NCBI GenBank assembly: GCA_030141605.1
Contig: JAQGDQ010000006.1
Location: 806,001-870,000 of the forward strand
DNA length: 64,000 nucleotides
DNA from: Tubiluchus corallicola
Lineage: Eukaryota; Animalia; Priapulida
Direction: 5' to 3'
The translations under genes were made by a program, and so were the position numbers. Shown here one piece after another: positions 1 through 12,800 of this stretch; position 1 is the first letter of the stretch, and the number at the start of each line of letters is the position of its first letter. The notes under the pieces are model-generated. The model had not been told where the DNA came from. It saw only the letters and a list, made by a program, of their open reading frames with translations, and ran no database searches.

Positions 1-2898
1 ACATCGAAGGTTAGTATTGCCTGCAAGCGTTTGTCCTTTCCTTTGATCAAGTTATAGCATTTGAAGTATAGAGACAGCATTGCTGATCTCTGTAGTTTGC
101 TTAGAATTTGTTTTTGAATCCCGCCTGATGTCTGCCTCATATAGTTTTAGCATCAAAGACATTTTAAAATATCATTCATATATCATGACATTTGATTGCA
201 TTGTATGGTAACTGGGAAAAGTAACACGTTTAGCCTATAGTTAGTTGATTTTGACATTTCTTCGATAAAACAGACTATAGCAGTTGGAAGAGCATTGGTA
301 GTGTTGGTGGCCTGCTCTGTTAATTTTCTAATTTCATTTTAAGGATTTTAGCTTCACTTCACTGGCCTTTCTCCACAGTCTACTTTGAGGTGGATTGGTT
401 GTCTCTGGATTGGTTGTCTTTGAGGTGGATTGGATTATTGACATCAAGCTCTATAACTAACCTTCGGCACTAGTAATTGTACCAGCATTGTATACATGTA
501 CTTTGCAAATACCCCTGTAATCATACTTTTATTATAGAGAATTAAGATTATTGTGTCTGCCTGCATGTCTGTTTCTTTATGCATGCCTCAGCTATTTACC
601 TATAGAGCTGAAACTTGGCACACTAATGGAGTTTTTGTTAAAGGTGATGGAATCAAAAATACAGATAACCCCGACCGTCAGATATATCAGAGCCAATTAA
701 TGAATCCTGTTAATAGATTTACCCATTAAATAGGTCACATGCACTGAGTTTTACTCAAAGCAGTTTCTCCAAAATGAATGTGTACATCAATTTCAATGAA
801 TAAGTAGGTCTATATAATACATGTTTATTTCTCATTCTCTTATTTATCCTTCTCTAGAACATTTAGACAGAAATTAATAGTAAAATTCATGTTCATTACC
901 TTGGCGAAATGAAGAGGCTGTAACAAAACTGCAACAACGTCAAACTTAATTTCTTAGCAGTTTTAAAATATAGTGTTAAACGCAATTTACAGTAATTTTT
1001 TATTGTTCTGCAACAGCAATGTGACAGGATTGCCTACTTGGGTCCTATTCTGGGAAAAGTCTAAAAATTATAATTCACGTGCGAAGCGAGCAGGTGACTG
1101 CTAGTAAATAAAACGTATGTTTAACAGCAACTTCTTTTCTTTACTAGTGAGAGGAACATGACTTGATGTGTGCTCAATTGCAAAGTTAAGCAAAGATAGC
1201 TTCAGAATGGTTTTGCACGCTGTTTTTCATGTTGAAAGAGTGTACACATCCAAATGTAGTGAAGCCATCTGCTACTTACTGTCTCATTTCAGAGGATTCT
1301 CGATGATAATAAGCTAGATTCTAGTCCTGCTACAAATACTGTGTATTTTATAAACCCTTACATTAAGATGACGCCTTCCTCATTTGGAATGATTTGTATA
1401 AAAAGATGTAGATAAACAGTATTTTTGTGTCTCTGATTGTTTATACTTCCTGATTGATGATAGTGGCACCAGTGTGAGGATCTACAGAAATTTCAAGTTG
1501 TTTTTTGAACTGCTGGTAGCATAAACAGCTGTGTATTCTTAAGTTAAAGAAATTTGTAAAGCTTATTGCTTTTATCTAGTGAAAGTATATTTGCCGAGAC
1601 TTCCAGAATTAGTATAAGCATTTTCATTTTTAGGTGTCTTTCACTCAGTCTTTGTGGAACCATCCATTATTTGTGATCGCTACAGTGTTCTTAGTCATAT
1701 TATTTTTAGGCGGCATTCACAAGCGAGTAGTAGCTCCATCAATGTATCCTTTTGAATTTTTCTGTGCTTTAAAGAGGTATTTTTGAGTATTTACTAAATG
1801 GCAACCAACTGATGCAATATGTGTATTGAGGCATTTTATTAGAGCATTTTACTGGTATACCACGCCATTCAATTTAAGAACTTATGTACACAAGACAATA
1901 ATAATAATAATAATAATAATGATAACAACAAGTGAACGTTTTTGCCTGTTTCAAAGGCCGTTGTAGAAACTGTGCTGCTGTGGTGTAATGATTAGCATAG
2001 CTGCCTAGAAAGGAGATCTTGGGTTTGGGTCTCAGTGCATGTGCAAAAATTTTTCAAACCTTATTTAGTATTGCTTTCATGCATTTGTGAGACTTATTCA
2101 ATTGTGGTATTAGTCTTGACTACACTTAAAGAATAGTGGCAAGAGTCCGGCAGGTCCTTCAAGATTTTAATATGTCTTGTGATGATGTAAGTACTATACT
2201 AGACTTTTTTAAAACTAATTGAACAGAAAATTTTATAGCAAGTATTAAGAGATCCTAGAATATAAGCACTTAATATGCAATTGTGTAACTGCAATAGTTT
2301 CGCTTTTGTTTTTTCTGTACTGTTTATATCATAAGTAGGAAATATTTTAATTTTTTTAGAACTTATGATTGTAAAGCTTTTCACACCGTTTTATTAATCT
2401 TTCTGAACATCAATGTTGCCTATCCATTTCTACGCTGAGAAATGTCAGTCTAATGCAGCAATTTAAACTTGTACAGTTGAGGCATGAATAGACTTTACTT
2501 AAATGGCACACTTTTATAGGAGACCAAGTGTAAATTGGTCCTTTAAGCATGCACATTCTTTGTATTTGTTTCTTGAATCACCATTATGTCTGTCCAATGT
2601 TTGTGTGTCACAAATAAGTGTACTTGCTTATCATGGTATAAAATGAATCATGCAATTGATTTTCTAAAGCTTATATTTTTAGTAAGTATCTTTTAGTAGC
2701 TGAGATAATTTGGATTTGCAATTTTCTATCAATAACACCTGATTTTAAGCACTTGCCATCTTCAAGTTTGTATACTTCAGATAACGGTTAATTGGCAAGT
2801 CCAGACAGTTGTGATATATATTCTACATTACCCTTCCAATGTTTAACTTTCTTTTTCAGACAGGAAAGTTAATACTTAAGCCCAGACCAACAACATGA
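1..2898 (+). CDS. CNEP1R1: CTD nuclear envelope phosphatase 1 regulatory subunit 1 (NEP1-R1/TMEM188/Spo7-like), 3' part; 5' end lies outside the window
   Basis: Spliced exons <1-9 (..TSK|gttagt), 1634-1743 ([37 protein letters not shown]), 2132-2186 ([18 protein letters not shown]) and 2860-2898 ([12 protein letters not shown]). All junctions are GT-AG with consistent phases (0,2,0). The peptide closely resembles the recalled human CNEP1R1 C-terminus ([41 protein letters not shown]). The exons are too short for the ORF track. Confidence 0.93.
521..1104 (+). mobile_element. Non-autonomous Helitron-like element
   Basis: It sits between A(520) and T(1105), begins TC and ends CTAG. A subterminal hairpin TCACGTGC-gaagcga-GCAGGTGA is at 1075-1097, there is a (TGTC/TGCC)-type microsatellite near the 5' end, and no TSD. 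Confidence 0.6.
1897..1930. repeat. (AAT)n microsatellite
   Basis: A run of aat triplets that decays into aac. Confidence 0.9.
1974..2045 (+). pseudogene. Degenerate tRNA-Gly-like sequence / tRNA-derived SINE head
   Basis: TGGTGTAATGATTAGCATAGCTGCCT resembles the D-arm and anticodon 5' stem of tRNA-Gly(TCC), including the A box. The B box is decayed (GGTTTGGGTC) and the anticodon arm is disrupted, so it is not a functional tRNA. Confidence 0.5.
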
Positions 2899-3878
2899 TG
2901 TATGAGAAGTTATTAGAAGCAAATGTTACCGTTAAGACCTTGGCATTATTACCATGGCAGCAAAGGCAATTTGAAGTTGCCTCACAAGTTACAGGTGTTG
3001 CATCTAAGTTTGTGCTACTGATGAATTTACTGTGAATTTGAATGTACGTGCTGCTTGTGGCAGACTGTATGTCAGAAAGTACAATTTCAACAGCATATGA
3101 GCATGTACCCATGAGGCATGAATTGATTACAATGAAGTTTGTGGAATATTTAGTAAAAATAAAAGACGTATTTTTAAAGAACATTATCTTGTTTAAGTTG
3201 AACAAAAAGCAATAATAACTCAGTAAAAAAGCTGATGCATTTTACTAAAAATATCTGTATCTACACTGGCTTTAAAATTTAATTACATTTAAGTACATTA
3301 TGAATTAAAACTACAGACTACTGTGTCATAATGATGTAGTTCAAGTCAGTGCTAAAGTCCAAACCGTTGTGCGTATTAAAATGTAAAAATGACTTGTGAT
3401 AATAAAGAGAACATTAAGAGAATACGTAGTGAAACCCTGAAAATGAGAATCCTGAAAAAAGATTTTCAAGTCCTAAAGCTTGGTTGTAAAAAAAAACTTT
3501 TTATTGGGTTTTATTCCAGAGTCTCTTAGAGTGTTTGTTATTAGCTAAAACGGCTCTTGACCAGTGGCTATACATATGTTTTTGAAAAGAAAGTTGTTAT
3601 CAAGGCACCTTTTTCAGCAATTCATAATAGTGAAAAGTTTTATCAAGAGTTGCAATTTTACAAAACAATAATTACAAAAATTCTTTATCAACTATAGTTG
3701 TACTACCCACAGGTAAAACACCCGATTTTGAAATTGATGCTCAATTTGGAAATTTCATCAACTTAATGCTCATTGCATTTACTCGTTCACGTCTTTCATT
3801 ATCAGTTTTGATTAATGTTAGATGGGAGTTCTCAGTTGTATCAAGTAGTGGAACCATCGTCAGAAACATGGTTGACTG

Positions 3879-6800
3879 TTATGGGAGTTTAGTGTCAGTA
3901 ATTTCGATGGGTGTAAGCCGAGAGGCTCGAGAAGTTTCATCACCATCTTCAGCGATGATGAGCAAGGCAGCAGTACCTTGATCAGATTTGTCGCCTGTGG
4001 TTTGTTGGTCTTGGGGGGGTTTTGGCAGTTCTTCATCACTGTCAATTTTGATGGGTGGAGTTTCAGATTCGTCAGCTTCACTGCCGACTATGAAAGAATC
4101 GGGTGATTCAATTTTTAATCGGCTTTTCGCATGTAAGATGTGTTCTATTGAACGAGCAGTCTTCTTCCCGTAGTTTTTCACGCGAACACGTTCTTCATCG
4201 CGAATACGAGCCATACTCTGTAAGAACAAATACAATTTTGTAGAGATAAAGTTGCTTTGCAAACTAACCTTTCGAGGCTAGTAGACTAGTTGCACAAACT
4301 GTCATTGACCATTTCACACATTGCCGAAAAAATATTTCCTGTTCAGCTTTTAGACAGACGGGTATTTTTAGAGAGTATTAGATTTTTTTATGGTATTGTT
4401 GTACTCAGCAGAACAGCAAAACTAGACACTAGGACGTTTGAGCAACAGTATAAACTTAGAGAAAAAGTCACTCAGTATGTTGGGCTTATTTTACTGTTAT
4501 CACTTAAACTAAGAAAAAAATAACAAAGAAATCTGCAAGTAATTTACACAGTATTCACACAGAAATATCTCAAAGCTAGCTGTCTAGTTTTTTTGTAGAA
4601 ACTTCTTATACCTTTGACACAAAGTGAGTGTGTGTTGCTATTCGTCCAGTCGATGAATGACGTCACTGGTGGAAAAATAGCACTCAAAATTACAGCTCCC
4701 AAGTAAAATGATTGCGACTTCAATGTGATTTTACTAATCACACGAAGCAGTTAACACACTTATTTCTGAATCTTTCTAATTCTCAAATACCGAAATAAGC
4801 CTAACTTTCAAAAAGGCTTGGTTTTTCCTCTAAATCAGTTGTCAGCAATTACATTCTGCCATTAGGTACTGTACAATTAAGCTTTTAATATGTTGCAGTT
4901 GTACTTGGATGGTATGTTTTATTAACGACAACAATAACAATGTAGTACTGAATAAGCGATAAAAAAGGGAATCAATTACCTTTGGATATCTCCACATTAG
5001 CTGCTCTTCTATCTTCTGCTTACGGGCTTTGTCTATACGGTTTATGTAACAGCTAGCAGGAATCCACAAAATCAATGAAAAAATGACTATGGAACCAACT
5101 ATGTTATCTTGCATGAAAACAACTGTGACAAAAAACACGATTGAAATTGTGTATGTAATTCATATAAAAGATCCCACAATATGCACAATACTACTGATCG
5201 AAATTATTTCGTGTTGGCATGAATTATTGACATTTCTTCGTCAAATGAAATTTGAATTGTACTGCAAGCCATGCACACCATGGGTAGTTTAAAAATCATG
5301 TAACAGAATCAGAAAACCTTAAAGAAGCTGCAACCAAGACAAGAACAGCCAAATGATCAGCCCGAAGCATGCTTCATCATATTGATTTACAATTAAAGTG
5401 AGGAATTCATGCAAATATAATGTACCCACTAATATTCATACAAATATAATGTACCCACTAATATTCATAGTGTTTGATTATTAGTAGCTGAACAGCATTA
5501 AACTGCTTTATTTAGGGTAGCTAGCAGACCAGGAATAAGAAAATTGATGAGTTCAACTAAAGTTTTGAAAATATTAAATGTAGAACATTGAGCTTTGTGG
5601 TATTAATATAGCACGTGACTCCTAAAGTCTAAACTACATCTACATCTATACATCTATGCCCTTGGGTGAAGCGAATAACCAAGTGATTACAATTTGTGTT
5701 TGGGGGGGAAAAGTTAATTAGGTTTGAGGTTGGCTATTAAATAGATGCATTGACATGACCGTCTGTCATGAGGTCATATTAGAGATTACTGCCTCATCTT
5801 GCTTAACCTATTGTGGGAAGATGCATACACATATGAGTTCAGCTAATGTGTCACTACCCTTTTAGTATCTAGCTTTACAGGATCTTCTATGACACGAGTA
5901 TCAGTCCCGCTTCAACTATTCAATATCATTAACAGGTCCTGCTGTCAAATGCTGGATTCTATAGCTCCTGCACAAAAAATATGTCATTCCCCCTATAAGA
6001 CAATAGAAATTCCGAACAGAACTTGCCCTAAAACTGCTGACTCTTGCTCATACTGACATTACTTACATGAGATTAACAAAACAATTATGAATATAACATA
6101 ATTTTGCAACTTAGTGGCTTGTAACAGTTAGAATGAAGCTCTTAAAGTTGTTCAAACTAGCTTATTAATTACAGCAACTTATTTAACAAATTAACTTATT
6201 AAAATAAGCTCAGTTGCTTTGCAGTTCTAGTGGTATCAGAGGCCCACATTATTACACCCTACAAGGCGTTTCTCAGGACACATGAATTCGACAACTACAA
6301 TAGCACTATATATCAAAATGCGTTAATGTCAAATTCTCTGCTAACCGAATTTTTAAGCTGGAGAATTGACTTATTACTAAAAATTCTGAATGCGTCGGTA
6401 ATGCAGTGAGAAGAATAGGCTACAAAATAAGAAAATGCTTACTGCGCATCTAGCTGTAGCCTATAGGTCACAGATCTTGTTACAGAAAACATACTGGTAG
6501 AAGCAGAAAATTATCAGTTATTTTTCAGAATTTTCATTAATGTCAACTTTGTAAGTTGCTTCAGGGACAGAATTCATTGTGTGGAGTCTAATTCTATTAT
6601 CATGCACAACAAGGAGTCATCCTTCACCTAAAGAACCAAATCGCTATAAATTGCTTATGTTACTAAATGTGAGAAGTAATTCAAACGTACGTATCCAGTT
6701 GATATTTAAAAAGGAAATGAAACGCCAGTTACGTTGTATGGGATCTGCCTCTGTCTGCACACATATTCCCTAAAAATATAGACATTAATTATCATCTGAA

Positions 6801-9800
6801 CAACAGTTACTATTATTATTATTTATCAAATATATCCACAATGATCATTACAACATAGCACTTCAAAAGAATTTAATAACATATTTATTATTATGTACAC
6901 AAGATGCCAAGTTGCAAATGATCCATGGGGCACTCAAGAAGTAAATGAATGTGGATTGAATGAAGTAGAAAAAAGCAGTAAAGGAATAGAAAAGAAAAGT
7001 TAATAGAGAATAGAAGGAAAGAGAAAGATGTGATGGTATCTGTATGAAGTAACGTGAACTAGAAATATAGAAATCGACATAGCCAGCAATATGATGGATT
7101 CTGACAGGGACAGCAGCATAATTAGTCAAATTTATTTATTGTATATAATTAGAAAAGATTTCACTTTTAAAATTTCTTTTGAAGTTATTTATAGACAGAT
7201 TTTTTGTGTATTCGTTGATGTTATTCCAAAGGGCCAGTGTTAGTGATGAAGTGCCTTGTCGCATCAGTTCTGCACTACTTAATAAGAAATTCATTAGATC
7301 TTGTTGAGTAATGTCTTACATTAATAGATAATGGTTTAAAAAAGCGGAAAGTTAGTTTATGTTTGGTACTGTATGTGTAAATAGCGGAATTCAGATATAT
7401 TAGATGATTTAGCACTAGGACAAAATAGTTCTTAAAAAGATTAAGACCAACATGGTCATGCTTGTTCAAATTAGCTATCAATCTTATGAACTTGTGTTGT
7501 AGAGAGTTTAATTTAAGTAGAGATGAAGGGTAGGTGTGCTCCCAAAGTACATAACAGTAAGTTAAGTATGGCAGTACTAGACAATTATAAAAAGTGATTA
7601 GATGTTCTTTAGAGAAACAATGTTTAACTTGACCGGTTAACCCGATGTTTTTAGCAGTTTTACAGTGAATCATATTTAAGTGTGGCTTCCAATCTAAGTA
7701 TTAATTTAAGATAACACCTAAGAACTTCATTTCGTTTACCATTCATCGCCATCAATTTTTATAATACCGTTCATATTTATGGGTTTGCAATGAGCTCTGA
7801 ATAAAATGTAATTAGTTTTAGTTGAATTTAATGCCCATTTATTGATCATTAACCAGGTTGCAATTTTACTGAGTTCATTACTAATGATGTTGGTGTCCAG
7901 TAGCTTGCTATTGATCTTGAAGAAAATACTTGCATAATCAACAAATTGGAAGAAATTTCCATTGTCAGTAATGCAGTTTTGTAAGTCATTAATGCTTATT
8001 AAAGACAACAGAGGTCCCAAAATAGATCCATGGGGTATACTCCATGTGTGACTATTGCTCCATTGGAAAGGACATGTGTTACAACATGACTACTTGAGTT
8101 CAGCCCTTGAGGAATTAGCAAACCATGAGTATGCGACCCCTCTAATGCCATAGTGAAATAACTTATCTAGCAAAACATGATTGACTGTATTAAAGGCCTT
8201 AGAGAGATCGCAAAAATGCCAACAGTTTAGTCTCTCCGTACTTAATTTATGGATTTTGTCATGGGTGAAAACACAAATTTAATTCATGTGAACTCCAAAC
8301 AACTCAAATAACGTTTTCAAAGCAGTCAAGCCAGCTCCTTATAAAAATTATGAGCTTAGTGTAATATATAAACAAGCTTACTTTCGAGGGCGTATGAATT
8401 ATTAAGTTAACTAGGCTGTAGGGGTACTAGATTTTTTGAGGTCCAGGGTTTTTTCGTATAGTTTCTCTCGGAAAATACGTATCCTTGCATATTAAACTTA
8501 AATACGCTGCATGATTAATTTTTAACATGTATTCATTAAGGCTATTAATAGCACAATGCTGAATACAGAAGATAATGCTAGGATGGCTATTGCATCAATT
8601 GACTTAATTTACACTTAATAAATTGTGAACAGTTAATCTTACATTTTAAGGGTACGAGTCTAATACTGTTACTTTCCTACTTTTTACCAGCTTCATTATA
8701 ACTTCATTATTGAAGTAAGTACCCATTTCAAGTGCATGATTTCTATTTGTTATAAATCACCAATTGTAGACTGATACTGGTTGGGTCAACTGACCCATTC
8801 CTTTGCTAAGTTATTGCGTGTATAAATTACTAATGTTTACACTTCCCACTGACAGTGTTTTTTTTTGCTTTCAACCAATACTTCATGCAATTAGGAATTT
8901 AAACATTAGTAAGATCAAATAGATGGTGTCCTATAACACAACAACTGCTAATATTTATTGCAAAATTCACATCTTGTAGTGTAATCTGCTAGTTAACTTC
9001 TTTTTGTGACCTTTTGTGACTTCTTTTGTGATTTTCTGTACGTAACAATCTGATAAATTAATATTAGAAAACAATTAATATTAGCAATGTAGTATATTGC
9101 TGCAGTTTTGCTATAATACATGTTTGAACATGTGTATAGACACAAGTAAATTTTTCTTTCCGTTTTTTGTTGGAGGTTGCCAAAAAATTCCGAGACCTAG
9201 ATGTAGATGTAATCAATCTCCAGATTACACTTAGAATACCAATAGTTATAACATACCACAATCAATTACTGAGTCTGGTTTTATATAAGCATTATATAAT
9301 CAACAAATATAGTATGCACTATAATTTTATCCTTTGGAAAACGAAAAAATTGTTATTCTTTGTCGGAAGCATTACTTGAGCAGAAAAAGGGAACCTGGCA
9401 CTCTGGCAATGAGACTATTAAAAAACTAGAATAATCAGAAAACAAAATTTAACCACACTGCAATAATATTCAAAGCAGCACAGCAAAATATACCAGTGAT
9501 GTCATGCCTAAAGTTTTAGATGCTGTGCCTCGTCACTAATATAATGCACACAGTGCAATTAAGTAGATGTGGACAATACTATGATTCGAACTAACTTTAA
9601 AAATGCCTTCTGTGCTGCCATAAAATGGCTAAAAATGATAACAATGTAGCATAACGATAAAATACCTACTGAAGAATTACAGATGCCAAAATGGTTATCA
9701 CCAAGATTGCAAAGTACTCCAGGAGTCATCATTGTGCCACCTGTGTTTGTATTATTTTCGTAAATGAATTTTTTGCAGTCAGAACTGTTTAGACGTTGAC

Positions 9801-12800
9801 AACAATGCATACAAGCATCTTCTGCAAAAAACTGTATTAGTGGTATTAATAATTTAAATAAGCTACTAGTCTAAAATTATTATTATAGTAGGTATAAAGT
9901 TCCAAAAAAACTGAATTGCATAAGTAAAATGCTGCTGTGCTCTGCATTTTGACTGTTACAGCATAATCTGCTTATAACAAGTTTTAGCGGACCATCAAAA
10001 TTTGCTCGCTGTAATCGAGTCTCCTTACAGCCAATTGTTTAAGTGTATAGAAAAGATATAAATGAAAATTATAAGGCCAATATGACGTAATGATAAAAAA
10101 CACTTTCTTTTGAGACTTGTACAAGTTCCTTAGTAAATGCTACGGTTCAGTAACCATTTTGTCACCAGGCAGTAAAACAAGAAACAATGTATTTTACGAA
10201 GCTTTTAACAAAAGAACCAGCAGCCGAAGAAAAGTCATTTCAGCTCTCAGTATTTTAATAGTGAAAAATTTACCTCCTTTGCAAGTACATGGTAATACAC
10301 CAAATTGCTCACAAAAAGATAGGCACTGTCCATTCCAACACTGACCCTGATTGAAGCAGCTTGATCCATCAGCTGCAATGCCAGGATCTGGGCACTCCGC
10401 ATCGATGCCATTGCAAATGGCGTCACTTTCGCAGATTTTATCTTCTATGATGGCTTTCTGGCACACAAGTCCAGCTGGTACGACAGTGCAATTTTTACAA
10501 CAAGGTGAATTCTGATCGCTAAAATATTAATAGATTATTAATTCACAAAAAATCCACAAGTGCGTTCATCAAACTGATTGGGGATTACGTGTGTCCTCTA
10601 CACATTCGTTGAATTTTTCAGCTTTATGAATTATTTGACAAAGTGTACATTTAGAAATGTTAATCTTCCTGTTATGAGGAAATGGCTTATTGCTTCCACA
10701 ATTTTAGCTGAATGTCAATCTATGGTCACTAGATACAGAAACATTCACAACATTATTTTGATTTTTGATCTTATCATGATTTGTATGATCATTTTAAGTG
10801 AAAACACATTTCTTATACGTAACAGACAGGCAACAAAAATGGCAATCATAGCATAAAGTTTGCAGTGTACAGCTAGGAAATTAGAGGAATTAACATAATG
10901 TGAATTTTGTCAAATCGTCTTCATCAAGTGTCGTAATAACAAAAAAAGGACTTTCCATATAATTACAGTTCTATCAAATATGAGCTAATCTTACATTCTA
11001 ACTGCAAACAAACTGGTCAAACATTAAAATTAATTTACATTAAAGAATCAATCGCAATAAAAAAAGAATATGGTTCCGTCTGCTTCCCACAGCGATCCAT
11101 GAAATCACACGATGTACAAGCTGTTTTTTACACAATCCCTAATTAAGGATGTTAGAAAAGGTAAAAATGAAAGGATGTAAGAATCTCCAAGAAAAGTAAA
11201 ATTTCAACGTCGGCATGATAATCTGAAAAACCATGTCGATCAGCAAAAAGATCAATAAAACCAACTTCAAGTTTATCAATTCAATTTTTGTTTTCTCAAT
11301 TCACTTAAGTGAATATGAGTCAGATTTATATTCACTAAAAATATCAGCTACAGAACCAAATGGAGTTTTGTGAATTAATTATATATTGATATCCTAAGAA
11401 ATGACATGTCATTTCAAATCAAAGGCATTCTGATTGTTGGCACAGTCATAGGAAACAACTCAGCTACTATTCAATAACGATAGGTATTGATAATTATCGA
11501 ACATATCAATATGAAAAATGTGTTGTTATCGTTATCGTATCGATATTATTCTAGGACTATTGCTATCGTGTTGAATTTGGCAAGTATCATTGCTTATTGT
11601 TTACCTTCATAAAATCGCTTCACTTTGCTTTCTATTTATTTACAGTTATAACACAAAAAAGTGGATAAAAAGAATCATTTAAAATTATTAGCTTGTCGGA
11701 CGCCAAATCATTTTCTTGTACATTCGCCCGGCAATAACAGAATAATACTGATGCGCCAATGCCAAATACGCTGTACTGTATAATATTCTTATTATTATAA
11801 TATTATAAAATTCATAATAAAAATGCATGTTACCAAATTAACAACTATTCCTGTTGTGCATATATTGTCTAACTTCAGTACCATTTTTTATTGTTCGAAA
11901 TAATTTATTGTATAATATTGTGTCATCTAAAAATAGATTACTGTTACTACATCGTTGGAAAAAAGTATCGTATTGTATTGTTATCATATCGCCAAATTTG
12001 TATCATTTAACATCCCTAATTACGACTCTGGCACCTTTGTTGTGGCGATCTTCTTGCAGGTGATGCGATAGTATGACTGCAACTTTGTGCACCCCAAACA
12101 ACACAATACACTTCAGAGATGAACTCAATGGAAAACACTAACCTACATGTAACAAGAGGACGAAACTTGCAATCGTGTGTACAACACGGATCAGGCTGAG
12201 CATTCAACAAAACCAACCCAGCATCACATTCCTCTCCTAGCTCCACCTGGTGGTTTCCACAATAACCATGACGAGATTCTATGCACGAAAAAGAAACAGT
12301 CAATTATATGCAAGATAATAAAATAAAAAAAAACTAGTGGACATTTTTGAGTGTGTCAAAAACTGTGGTAAGATTCTGCTTTTGTGACTGATGCATTATG
12401 TGAGAGTTTCGTTTTTTAAATAAAAAAATGTTTTAGAAATAGTTAACACCAAATTTTGTGCTTGACATTAAAAGCTTTTGCGAATTCGGAACTTGTGACT
12501 TTTTCACCAGTGGTCCGTAACTCAAGACACTCGGAACTTGTCAGTTTTTCGCCAGTAGTCCTTTCATTGAATAGTCACCAATCTTATTATTAACCAGTCC
12601 CGCACTGTTTTCTTTGCAACCAAGCACACAACGTGACCACACAGGTATTTCCTTACGCAGTTATCAGTGAGCTTCATAAAGTAGCAGAACAATAATTAAT
12701 TTTAATTTCAATAGCAATTTAACATTAGAACATTCAAATCAATTTTATATCAATATAATCGGTTTATAATGGCTATAATAGTGAGGCAAACCGTGTAACA

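Larger units (their letters stand above)
1744..2131 (+). other. U12-type (minor spliceosome) GT-AG intron in CNEP1R1
   Basis: The 5' splice site GTATCCTTTT (1744-1753) matches the U12 consensus RTATCCTTT. A branch-site-like TCTTGAC (2114-2120) lies 11 nt before the intron end. There is no polypyrimidine tract before the AG. Confidence 0.85.

Noticed and set aside
1974-2045. Functional tRNA gene
   Set aside because: The anticodon and T arms cannot pair and the B box is decayed.
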